From IMG/VR virus record IMGVR_UViG_3300045988_113036: a stretch of 41,230 bases of DNA. One strand, written 5' to 3'. A program made the translations under genes and the position numbers. Below are positions 1 to 7,314 of this stretch, in pieces. Below the pieces are notes generated by a model. It made no database searches, was not told the origin of the DNA, and worked only from the letters and a program-made list of their open reading frames with translations. The DNA is from a virus. Positions within the stretch are counted from its first letter, which is position 1; every line of letters starts with the position of its first letter.

Positions 1-55
1 CCCGCCGCATCGTACAACGGCGAGACCGATACCGATGCGCCATATGCGACCGGGA
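1..55. repeat. Terminal overlap, copy 1 (identical to 41176..41230)
   Basis: cccgccgcatcgtacaacggcgagaccgataccgatgcgccatatgcgaccggga occurs at both window ends, 55/55 identical, in direct orientation. Confidence 0.95.
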
Positions 56-374
56 AACCGGCAGCCACTGGAGCGGCGACAGCATCCACCACAGGGAACC
101 GCGAAGCCACCCGTTCGACCGCCTCCACCAGCCCGAGAACCTGCTCCAACTCTGCGGCAGCGGCACCACCGGATGTCACGGATGGGTCCACGCCCACCCC
201 GCACGCGCCTACCGGCTCGGCTACCTCGTCCACATGGGCAAAGACCCCGCCACCATCCCCGTCTACTACCGCACCGGCGGCTGGCAGCAACTCAACGCGG
301 ACGGCGCACGCCACCCCTGCCCGCCACCCGAAAACATGCCCACCCACATCAACATCAAGAAAGGCAACGAATGA
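3..374 (+). CDS. HNH endonuclease, 3' part of a gene that wraps the circular junction (5' part is 41151..41230; 132 aa in total)
   Basis: The frame is open from the window edge to TGA 372-374. It translates ..RYRCAICDRETGSHWSGDSIHHREPRSH..NLLQLCGSGTTGCHGWVH (His-Me finger with Cys pairs). The frame is continuous with ATG 41151 through the 55-nt overlap. Confidence 0.8.
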   Translation, partial: RRIVQRRDRYRCAICDRETGSHWSGDSIHHREPRSHPFDRLHQPENLLQLCGSGTTGCHGWVHAHPARAYRLGYLVHMGKDPATIPVYYRTGGWQQLNADGARHPCPPPENMPTHINIKKGNE

Positions 375-1024
375 ACGACACCACGACAACCCTCGCCATC
401 GGCCACCGGACCATCCCACTCGACCCGCCCCGCCCGCCAAGAAAACCCGACATGCTCCTCTGGATCGACACCGAAACCACCGGCGTCGACCCCTACCAGT
501 GCGAACTCCTGGAAGTCGGCATGCAAGTCACCGACATGACCGGCAAACACCCCCACGACAGCCTCCACCTGATCGTCCACCCCGACAACATACGCAACTG
601 GGCCAACTACCCCGAACTCCTGAAAGCCTACGAAATGCACCTCGCCAACGGACTCATGCTCGCCTGCGCCGAAGCACCCAAGACCGGCTACGACTACAAG
701 CACACCGCGCTCAACATCCACGAATTCCTCAACGACCAACTCAGCCAATACACACTCCACCCCGCCGGCACCAACGTGGACTTCGACCTACGCCAACTCG
801 ACGTCCACCTCAGCCGCCACCTCAACCACCCCATCGCCGAAGGACTCCACCACAGAAAACTCGACCTCACCACCCTGCGCCTCACCGACCAAGCCATCGG
901 CCGCGACCCCTACCAGAACCACGCAGGCACCCACCGAGTCCAAGACTGCATCCACAGGGACATCAACGACTACACCGCCTACCTCGACATCATGCGAGCC
1001 GGACACCAAGGAACCCAATCATGA
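371..1024 (+). CDS. DEDDh-type 3'-5' exonuclease (DnaQ/oligoribonuclease-like), 217 aa
   Basis: ATG 371 overlaps the HNH stop (ATGA) and follows aagaaagg. Motifs: LWIDTETTG (Exo I), GTNVDFD (Exo II), HRVQDCIHRD (Exo III, H-x4-D). The upstream part of ORF 35..1024 is P/R-rich off-frame sequence overlapping the HNH gene. Confidence 0.8.
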   Translation: MNDTTTTLAIGHRTIPLDPPRPPRKPDMLLWIDTETTGVDPYQCELLEVGMQVTDMTGKHPHDSLHLIVHPDNIRNWANYPELLKAYEMHLANGLMLACAEAPKTGYDYKHTALNIHEFLNDQLSQYTLHPAGTNVDFDLRQLDVHLSRHLNHPIAEGLHHRKLDLTTLRLTDQAIGRDPYQNHAGTHRVQDCIHRDINDYTAYLDIMRAGHQGTQS

Positions 1025-1254
1025 ACACCGGCAAACGAATACCCGCAACCCTCACGGCGATCCTCGCCATCCTCGCGCTCGCTGCATGCGGAGAAACACC
1101 CAAAGGCGGCGGCCAGGGCACCGTGAACAACCCCGACCCCGGATACGTCCGCTGGTACGAACTGCCCGACGGCAGCGCGGCCGTCCGATGCTTCTCCGAC
1201 TCCGGCGGAGCGTCATGCGACTGGGGACACATCGAACTCAAGGACAAGCAATGA
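1021..1254 (+). CDS. Small predicted lipoprotein (77 aa)
   Basis: ATGA overlap with the exonuclease stop. The N-terminus MNTGKRIPATLTAILAILALAAC has a basic n-region, a hydrophobic core and an LAAC lipobox. Confidence 0.7.
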   Translation: MNTGKRIPATLTAILAILALAACGETPKGGGQGTVNNPDPGYVRWYELPDGSAAVRCFSDSGGASCDWGHIELKDKQ

Positions 1255-1433
1255 GCACCCACACCACATCCCCCGCCCCGCAGACCATCGAACTCATCCG
1301 CCGCCTCCTGGAAGCAGCCCACCGACCCGAACCGGCCAACGATCCGACCATCTGCGCGATCTGCGGCGTACCGCTCACCGACACCACGTCATCCATCTGC
1401 CCCGACTGCCGGGAACTCGAAAAGGACTGGTAA
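1251..1433 (+). CDS. Small zinc-ribbon protein (CxxC..CxxC), 60 aa
   Basis: ATGA overlap with the previous stop. Contains ICAICG and ICPDC pairs, and the codon usage matches neighbouring genes. Confidence 0.6.
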   Translation: MSTHTTSPAPQTIELIRRLLEAAHRPEPANDPTICAICGVPLTDTTSSICPDCRELEKDW

Positions 1434-1435
1434 GC

Positions 1436-1816
1436 ATGCACACCACATGGGCCAACGACCCCGTCAACTCACCAAACCACTACACACGCTCGCACCCGGG
1501 CATGGAGTGCATCGAACTGACCGCAGACACCAGCTTCTGCCTCGGCAACGCCATCAAATACCTCTGGCGCTACCACAGCAAGGGCCGACCCGTCGAAGAC
1601 CTCGAAAAAGCCCGATGGTACCTCTGCCACGTCATCGACCACGACGAGAAGATCGCATGGACACGCCAACAACACGCCATCCTCGACACCCTCGCCAACG
1701 ATCCCGCCATCCCCGACGCCGAAGCGCACACATGGGCGAAACTCCGGCAAGGCTTCCCCTATTCGGCCCTCGCCTGCCTCGACCGCCTCATCGAACACGA
1801 AAGGAACCAACAATGA
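1436..1816 (+). CDS. DUF3310-family phage protein
   Basis: 126-aa ORF with SPNHYT..ECIEL..GNAIKYLWRY..KG..EDLEKARWYL, the conserved DUF3310 pattern common in phage early regions. RBS aaaagga lies upstream. Confidence 0.75.
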   Translation: MHTTWANDPVNSPNHYTRSHPGMECIELTADTSFCLGNAIKYLWRYHSKGRPVEDLEKARWYLCHVIDHDEKIAWTRQQHAILDTLANDPAIPDAEAHTWAKLRQGFPYSALACLDRLIEHERNQQ

Positions 1817-2076
1817 GCACACGCATCTACTGCGACCAATGCGGCACGGAAACCAGCAAACGCGAAGCGCTGCGATTCAGCCTGTCCGGGTATTCGGCCA
1901 ACCGCACCTCCATGGGCCAGCTCAACGACATCGAGATCGACATATGCCCCGACTGCGCCCAACGGCTCAACGGCCTGACCATCGGCACCGTCCACATACG
2001 CCGAGACCACCGAGACAAGCTCAGCCCCTACCTGCTCGAATACCAGCCCACCGACCCGAAAGAAGACCAAGCATGA
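1813..2076 (+). CDS. Small zinc-ribbon protein, 87 aa
   Basis: ATGA overlap. Contains CDQCG ... CPDC. Confidence 0.6.
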   Translation: MSTRIYCDQCGTETSKREALRFSLSGYSANRTSMGQLNDIEIDICPDCAQRLNGLTIGTVHIRRDHRDKLSPYLLEYQPTDPKEDQA

Positions 2077-2381
2077 CCAGCATCATCACCAACGAGATCG
2101 AGGAACGCTACCCCTACCCAGACAACGGCGAGCGCCCGACCGGCATCACCCGTCTCGGCCAGTGCCTCGCGTCGCGCAAGGCGTACAGGGCCGGCGTATG
2201 CCGCAAGATCACCGATAGGGAGATCGACGCGGCGGCGCTCGCCGTCTATACGGGTACGTCGGGCATGGGCTTCGAGGAGGTGGAGCCGTTGTGGTCGAAG
2301 TTGAACCCTGACGCGAAAGAGCAGTATCGGCGGCTTGCGCGGTTGGCGATCACTGCCGCGCGGACGGAGGCGTTGAAATGA
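2073..2381 (+). CDS. Hypothetical protein, 102 aa
   Basis: ATGA overlap with the previous stop. Balanced amino-acid composition, and it fits the translationally coupled gene chain. Confidence 0.6.
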   Translation: MTSIITNEIEERYPYPDNGERPTGITRLGQCLASRKAYRAGVCRKITDREIDAAALAVYTGTSGMGFEEVEPLWSKLNPDAKEQYRRLARLAITAARTEALK

Positions 2382-2596
2382 GCGAACAGCAACGGGAGCA
2401 AGTACGCCGGTTCATCGCGGATCAGGTCGGCATCACCAGCCCGTTCATCCTCGTCTACGACAGCGGCGGGTTCGACGAAGCCACCACGGGCGGTGCGCAC
2501 TTGGACTACCTGACCGACCCGCATTCCAGCACGTTCACCCTCATCGGCATGCTCTCATGCCTGCTCGCATGGCTCACGAAAGGACGCCAAGCATGA
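2378..2596 (+). CDS. Hypothetical protein, 72 aa
   Basis: ATGA overlap, RBS ggacggagg upstream. Confidence 0.55.
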   Translation: MSEQQREQVRRFIADQVGITSPFILVYDSGGFDEATTGGAHLDYLTDPHSSTFTLIGMLSCLLAWLTKGRQA

Positions 2597-2811
2597 CCAG
2601 GCGAATACGGCTCACGCCCGCCATGCGCGGCCTGCTGCTCGACATGTACGAGACAGGCAGCGCCTATCCGCTCGACCGCAACCACCGGCGCACGTTCGAC
2701 GCATTGGAAGAACGGGACTACATCGAACACGCCTCATGGGGACGATGGCAGATCACCCCACTGGGCGAAACCGTCGCCAAACAACTCACCGCCAAGGAAA
2801 GGAACCACTGA
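2593..2811 (+). CDS. Hypothetical protein, 72 aa
   Basis: ATGA overlap with the previous stop. Internal ATG of ORF 2557..2811. Confidence 0.55.
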   Translation: MTRRIRLTPAMRGLLLDMYETGSAYPLDRNHRRTFDALEERDYIEHASWGRWQITPLGETVAKQLTAKERNH

Positions 2812-3062
2812 TGCAGGTCAGCTTCACCGCCCACACCCCGGCACACAGCCCGCTCACCATCCAGCAACGCCTCGAAGCGGCCGGCTTCACCAACGTGCAC
2901 GTCAACGCCATCAGCGACACTGTGGAACCCTTCACGCGCACCAACCGCGAAACCGTCCAAGCCTACGACGAAGGCAAACAAGCCATCCTCAACAGCATGA
3001 ACCACTTCAGTGCTCTCAACGACGAAATCCACCGCAACCCCTACCGCGACGGCGACCGATGA
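2811..3062 (+). CDS. Hypothetical protein, 83 aa
   Basis: The ATG sits at the last base of the previous stop (TGATG), preceded by aaggaaagga. Confidence 0.55.
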   Translation: MQVSFTAHTPAHSPLTIQQRLEAAGFTNVHVNAISDTVEPFTRTNRETVQAYDEGKQAILNSMNHFSALNDEIHRNPYRDGDR

Positions 3063-3289
3063 ACTGGCGAAACCAAGCCACATGCCGCCAACACGACCCG
3101 GAACTCTGGTTCAGCACCCGGCCATCCGAAACCAAAACGGCGCTCGCCATCTGCCGGACGTGTCCGGTCATAGGCGAGTGCCGAGAGTGGGCCGACGGGC
3201 ACGACCGGATCAACGGCTACCCGTTGCAGGGCATATGGGGTGGCAAGCAGTACGGCCGGACGAACCGGCCGAGAAAGGAACGAGAATGA
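3059..3289 (+). CDS. whiB: WhiB-family Fe-S transcription factor
   Basis: 76 aa with the four-Cys pattern C..(n)..CRTCPVIGEC followed by the GIWGG turn and a basic tail. The family is restricted to Actinobacteria and their phages. Confidence 0.85.
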   Translation: MNWRNQATCRQHDPELWFSTRPSETKTALAICRTCPVIGECREWADGHDRINGYPLQGIWGGKQYGRTNRPRKERE

Positions 3290-3516
3290 ACGACATCGAC
3301 GTTAACGTCACCACCTGGAAGATCGGGCCGGTCATCATCATGCGCGGCACCGCCACGCCCACCACGAGGGTGGCGCACCCCGAATGCTTCGGCCGGTTCA
3401 CCGTCATCGCCCTCTCCTGCGACAGCGCGATCCGCAAGTGCATGCGCCGCGTCGCCATGATGTGCGCCAAGCACTCCGCATGCGAACAGCTCGACCGGCA
3501 GGAGGCGAAGGGATGA
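3286..3516 (+). CDS. Hypothetical protein, 76 aa
   Basis: ATGA overlap, RBS gagaaagga. Confidence 0.55.
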   Translation: MNDIDVNVTTWKIGPVIIMRGTATPTTRVAHPECFGRFTVIALSCDSAIRKCMRRVAMMCAKHSACEQLDRQEAKG

Positions 3517-3737
3517 AAGTCACCGAAGGCGTCAGGAAGATCATCGTGGAATGGCACGGCAAGGGCGTGCCGCCGGAAGAGACCGCGCAATCCCTGCGCA
3601 TCCCCATCGACGAGGTGAAGGCCATCATCCTGCAAGCCCACCCGGCCCCCACGCCACCAAAACGCCCCGAATTCCTCGAACCACGGTACGCGCCGCCGAA
3701 ACCCGCCGGCATCAGCGACAATAGACAGGAAAGTTAA
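3513..3737 (+). CDS. Small helix-turn-helix protein, 74 aa
   Basis: ATGA overlap. PPEETAQSLRIPIDEVKAII looks like an HTH motif. Last gene of the coupled chain. Confidence 0.55.
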   Translation: MKVTEGVRKIIVEWHGKGVPPEETAQSLRIPIDEVKAIILQAHPAPTPPKRPEFLEPRYAPPKPAGISDNRQES

Positions 3738-3875
3738 AAAATCGTTGAAATCAAGCCGCCCCCGGCCAATCCGCCATGCCGGGAACGGCGGCGAGGCAAA
3801 TAAAAAGCCCCCACCTTGCGGCAGAGGCATTGCATTGTCCAAAAGGCAAGTCTAGCACCGACAAGGGCGGGGGAT

Positions 3876-4709
3876 ATGGAACACAACTGCGTCATCTGCG
3901 GCAAACCGGCCGAGGCCACCATCTGCGAGGCATGCGCCCGAGACTGGGCGCGACGCCTCGCATGGCTCCTGAAGGCCGGCATGCCAGCCCTCCAGCAGAT
4001 CGCCTACAAACAAGCCACCACCCGCGAGCGCTCTCCTCGTCACGGCAACACGGCGTATGCGGCCCCGCCGGTCAACGAGACCGCCCAAGCCCTGTTCAAC
4101 GCGGTGGAGGTGCACTTGCAGCTCATGGGCGGTCGGCTCGGCATCAAGCCGCTCGGATATGACCGATACGAGCGGGCGCGCACCCTCATGCAATGGGCCG
4201 ACCTCATCCGCCTGCTGCTGCGCCGCATGCGCGACCTCGCCCGGCTCGAAGACGCCTCCGGCCTGTACGCGGACACCCTGCGTCTTGCGGAACGGGTGGA
4301 CGCGGCCACGTCGCACAGTGCGGAGAAACGGCTCGTCGGCGTATGCCCCGACTGTCTCAACGGTCGCGACGAGCAGGGGGAGCCGGTGCGCACGCCCATC
4401 TACGCCGCCCGAGACGCACGGTATGCGATATGCCCCGCATGCGGCGCATGGCTCGACTTGCGGCGCATCAGGCTCGAATACCTGCGCAGCGCGGGCCTCA
4501 TGCACATCACCCGCACCCAGGCCGACGCCGCCCGCTGGATCAGGGCCAACACCGGCGTCAACGTGAGCGGCAACGACCTGAAGAACTGGCGCGCACGCGG
4601 CAAAATGCCATCCACCCGGCACATCGAAGGCCCCTATTGGGCGTGGAATGTGCTGGAGCTCTTGGCGTGCGCCCAGGCCAAGGACGAACGCGACCACGAC
4701 GACGCTTGA
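3876..4709 (+). CDS. Zinc-ribbon DNA-binding protein, possible regulator, 277 aa
   Basis: ATG 3876 follows gggcggggga. CVICG..CEAC at the N-terminus and CPDC..CPAC in the middle. Followed by a strong terminator. Function is not recognisable from the sequence alone. Confidence 0.6.
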   Translation: MEHNCVICGKPAEATICEACARDWARRLAWLLKAGMPALQQIAYKQATTRERSPRHGNTAYAAPPVNETAQALFNAVEVHLQLMGGRLGIKPLGYDRYERARTLMQWADLIRLLLRRMRDLARLEDASGLYADTLRLAERVDAATSHSAEKRLVGVCPDCLNGRDEQGEPVRTPIYAARDARYAICPACGAWLDLRRIRLEYLRSAGLMHITRTQADAARWIRANTGVNVSGNDLKNWRARGKMPSTRHIEGPYWAWNVLELLACAQAKDERDHDDA

Positions 4710-4762
4710 CCCCTGACCCGGTTCCGTGTTACGCTGTCGCGTGTAATCGGAGTATCGAGAAA

Positions 4763-4790
4763 GCCCTGCCCATGCCGGCGGGGCTTTTTT
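4763..4790 (+). terminator. Rho-independent terminator
   Basis: gccctgcc / ggcggggc, an 8-bp stem with one G-U pair and a 6-nt loop, followed by TTTTTT. Confidence 0.8.
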
Positions 4791-4799
4791 GTTCCCGCT

Positions 4800-4894
4800 G
4801 GATGGTTGGCCGAGCGGCCGAAGGCACCCGCTTGCTAAGCGGGCAAGCATGATAGCCTCATGCTTCGCGGGTTCGAATCCCGCACCATCCGCCA
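4800..4894 (+). tRNA. tRNA-Ser (anticodon GCU), type II with long variable arm, CCA encoded
   Basis: Acceptor stem GGATGGT/ACCATCC. D stem GCC/GGC. Anticodon stem CCCGC/GCGGG with loop TTGCTAA. 8-bp variable arm AAGCATGA/TCATGCTT. T arm GCGGG-TTCGAAT-CCCGC. Discriminator G, then CCA. Confidence 0.9.
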
Positions 4895-5025
4895 GCCGCC
4901 GCCGGCACCGTGCACGACCGGCGTATGCGGCACCCGAGAACACCACCACAAGCGGCGAGCGCCGGCGGGCTTTTCCTCTCCTTTCTCCCGCCGGCCGCTT
5001 CGCCGTTGGCTTGGAGAGGGAGGCT

Positions 5026-5388
5026 ATGCTTTTGGCTCGCATTCGTGTTCCGAAGGCTGCTGTGAACGTGCGACGCAGCAACGGAGCGGCACGCGCCCGC
5101 ATCCGCAAGCGTCTGCTGTCGCGCTGCAACGGCAAGCCGATATGCGCGCTATGCGGCCAGCCCATAGACACCAGCCTCAGAACACCGCATCCCGGCAGCA
5201 TGGAGATCGATGAGAAGCTGCCCGTTTCCAAGGGCGGCGTCCCGTTCGACCTCGACAACTGCCAACTCACGCACCGACGCTGCAACCAACGCAAAGGCAA
5301 TCACCAATACACCAGACTCGACACGCCGCCCGCGCCCGCCGCGCAGCGGCGAGCGCCGCAGCCGATCCCGCTGTCGCGCCAATGGTAG
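5026..5388 (+). CDS. HNH endonuclease (second copy, packaging-associated type), 120 aa
   Basis: RBS ggagagggagg. CALCG ... EIDEKLPVSKGG...DNCQLTHRRCNQRKGN (HNH core). Confidence 0.8.
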   Translation: MLLARIRVPKAAVNVRRSNGAARARIRKRLLSRCNGKPICALCGQPIDTSLRTPHPGSMEIDEKLPVSKGGVPFDLDNCQLTHRRCNQRKGNHQYTRLDTPPAPAAQRRAPQPIPLSRQW

Positions 5389-5661
5389 GGGCGGTATACC
5401 CTCCCCCACCGGCCTAGCCCCTCCACGGTCATAGGGCTGCGGATACCCCCGGCACCGTTTTTTCCACGGAACACGCCCGCCGGCCCCGCATCCCCGTGGC
5501 GCGGAAACGCCATATACGGCCGTTCCGGCCGCGTTCCGGCGCTTTCGGGGCTTTGCCGTCATGTCCGGCCGTGTTCGCCGGTCTGCGGGCATCGGCCCCA
5601 AACAGCCGGCCGCCCATGCGCCCAATCATACGAAAGACGCTTGAAAACGTTGCAATTACGC

Positions 5662-5690
5662 TTGTCAAGCGTTACAAAACATGGTATAGT
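5662..5690 (+). promoter_or_regulatory. Strong sigma-70-type promoter, probably giving a leaderless or near-leaderless transcript
   Basis: TTGTCA (5662-5667), a 17-nt spacer, then TGG-TATAGT (extended -10, 5682-5690). The ATG of the next gene lies 8 nt after the -10. An 8-bp inverted repeat acgcttga/tcaagcgt (5637-5644 / 5665-5672) overlaps the -35. Confidence 0.65.
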
Positions 5691-5697
5691 CTTGGGT

Positions 5698-6255
5698 ATG
5701 GGAAGACGTTGCGAGATAGACGGCACATACATCGCCGACGACAACGGCCACGGCGGCAGCATCCAGCGCGTATGCTCCGGCCGCTGCCGGGTCGAGGCAT
5801 GCCGGCGACGCAAGGCCATACCCGAGGGGATGAAGGCGCTGCGCAGGTGGGTGCGCGCCGACGGCAAACGGCCCATCCAGCCCGACGGCAAACCCGCGTC
5901 CAGCACCAAGCCGGCCACATGGTCGGCGTTCGAACAGGTCGCGAACGCGGGGGAGGGCGACGGCTGGGGGATCATGCTCGGCGACGGGCTCGCCTGCTAC
6001 GACCTCGACCACATCCTCGACCCGCAAGGCCGAGTCAAGGAACGCCACCCCGGCCGACTCATCCTCGACCGGCTCGAACGCGAAGGCTGCCTGTTCGCCG
6101 AGATCAGCAGCAGCGGCGAAGGACTCCACCTGTTCGTCCATTCCGACGCCCCGAGCTGGAAACGCGAAGGCGTGGAATTCTACAGCCACAGCCGCTTCAT
6201 CCGCATGACCGGCATCAAGTGGAACCCGAAAAGGAGGCGCAATGCTCATCGGTGA
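5698..6255 (+). CDS. Archaeo-eukaryotic primase (AEP, Prim-Pol) domain protein with N-terminal Cys-rich motif, 185 aa
   Basis: LACYDLDH (DxD motif I), SSSGEGLHLFV (sxH motif II), EFYSHSRFIRMTG (typical Prim-Pol C-terminal strand). N-terminus has C..CSGRCRVEACRRRK. The TTG at 5641 was rejected as the start because it lies inside the promoter. Confidence 0.65.
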   Translation: MGRRCEIDGTYIADDNGHGGSIQRVCSGRCRVEACRRRKAIPEGMKALRRWVRADGKRPIQPDGKPASSTKPATWSAFEQVANAGEGDGWGIMLGDGLACYDLDHILDPQGRVKERHPGRLILDRLEREGCLFAEISSSGEGLHLFVHSDAPSWKREGVEFYSHSRFIRMTGIKWNPKRRRNAHR

Positions 6256-7270
6256 CATCAAACCCTACGAGCGCAACGCCCGCCACAACGACAAGGCCAT
6301 ACCCAAGGTCGCCGAAAGCATCCGGAAGTTCGGCCTGCGCGGCAGCATCGTCCTCGAATCACGCGACAACCCCGTCATCGTATGCGGACACACGCGCGTC
6401 GCCGCCGCGAAAAGCCTCGGCTGGACGGAAATACCGGACGACCACATCGAATACTGCGACGGCCTGACCCAAGACGAGATCGACGCCTTCCGCCTCATCG
6501 ACAACAAGACCGGCGAAATCGCCACATGGAACGTCGCCCTGCTGAAAAGCGAAGCCAAACGCCTCAACGGCAAACTCGACTTCGCCCGCTACGGCTTCGA
6601 CTTCAAAAGCAAGGTCAAACCCTACGGGGCCGAACGCGCCAGAACCGACGACTACTACAACCTGCGCCTGTGCGACATCGACGACTGCGGGCCCGACGGC
6701 ATGCCCCTGCTCGCACCCACCGACATCCGGCCCGCCCGACTCATCGGCTTCAACTACGCCAAAAGCTGGAACGAACCCAAAACCGGCGTCGGCATCCACT
6801 TCTTCCTCGACGACTACCAGTTCGAACGCATCTGGAACAAGCCCGAGGAATACACGCGCCTGCTCGCCTCGTTCGACATGGCATGCGCGCCGGACTGGAG
6901 CCTCTACCTCGACATGCCCCGGCCGATGCAGCAATGGAACGTCTACCGCTCCCGCGCCATCGGCGACTGGTGGCAGCGCCAAGGCCTGGCCGTCGTGCCG
7001 ACCCTGTCATGGAGCGACGAGAACAGCTACGAATACTGCTTCAACGGCCTGCCCACCGGCTCCACCGTCGCCGTGAGCGCCATCGGAGTCAAGGGCGACC
7101 CGGAGCGCGAACGCCTCTGGCACGCCGGCATGGACGAGGCCATCGCCCGCGTGAGGCCCAATCGCGTGCTGCTCTACGGCGGCACCCTCGGACACGACAT
7201 GCACGGCATCGAAACCATCGAATACACCAACGCCGTCACCGACCGCATGGCCGGCGACAAACCGCCGTAA
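6242..7270 (+). CDS. ParB N-terminal (sulfiredoxin-like nuclease/NTPase) domain fused to DUF4417, 342 aa
   Basis: RBS aaaggagg. The N-terminus IKPYERNARHNDKAIPKVAESIRKFGLRGSIVL...VCGHTRVAAAKSLG matches the ParB/Srx box (GHTR). The C-terminal half (IHFFLDDYQFERIW..) resembles DUF4417. Confidence 0.7.
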   Translation: MLIGDIKPYERNARHNDKAIPKVAESIRKFGLRGSIVLESRDNPVIVCGHTRVAAAKSLGWTEIPDDHIEYCDGLTQDEIDAFRLIDNKTGEIATWNVALLKSEAKRLNGKLDFARYGFDFKSKVKPYGAERARTDDYYNLRLCDIDDCGPDGMPLLAPTDIRPARLIGFNYAKSWNEPKTGVGIHFFLDDYQFERIWNKPEEYTRLLASFDMACAPDWSLYLDMPRPMQQWNVYRSRAIGDWWQRQGLAVVPTLSWSDENSYEYCFNGLPTGSTVAVSAIGVKGDPERERLWHAGMDEAIARVRPNRVLLYGGTLGHDMHGIETIEYTNAVTDRMAGDKPP

Positions 7271-7314
7271 ACCCCGGCGCAAGCCTGCTTGAAAACTGAA
7301 AAGAGGTACCCGAC

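Noticed and set aside
1-55. The 55-nt terminal repeat, considered as a physical direct terminal repeat or cos end of the virion DNA.
   Set aside because: It lies in the middle of an HNH reading frame, and its length equals a common assembler k-mer, so it is most simply a circularisation overlap. This cannot be excluded without read-level data, so it is also listed as a finding.
3852-5300. 482-aa ORF on the - strand. Similar long antisense ORFs occur at 9383..10819, 10774..12537, 19732..21177, 22807..24885 and 27167..28306.
   Set aside because: These are shadow ORFs typical of high-GC DNA. Their composition is G/A/R/V/P-rich, they lack RBSs, and they lie antisense to well-supported genes. The 3852..5300 ORF even runs through a terminator, the tRNA-Ser gene and an intergenic hairpin.
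5641-5697. TTG 5641 as the start of the Prim-Pol-like gene, and likewise TTG 34895 for the Cro-like gene and ATG 33304 for brnT.
   Set aside because: These extensions fall inside predicted promoter elements or, for brnT, contain the RBS of the downstream ATG. The added residues have no domain support.
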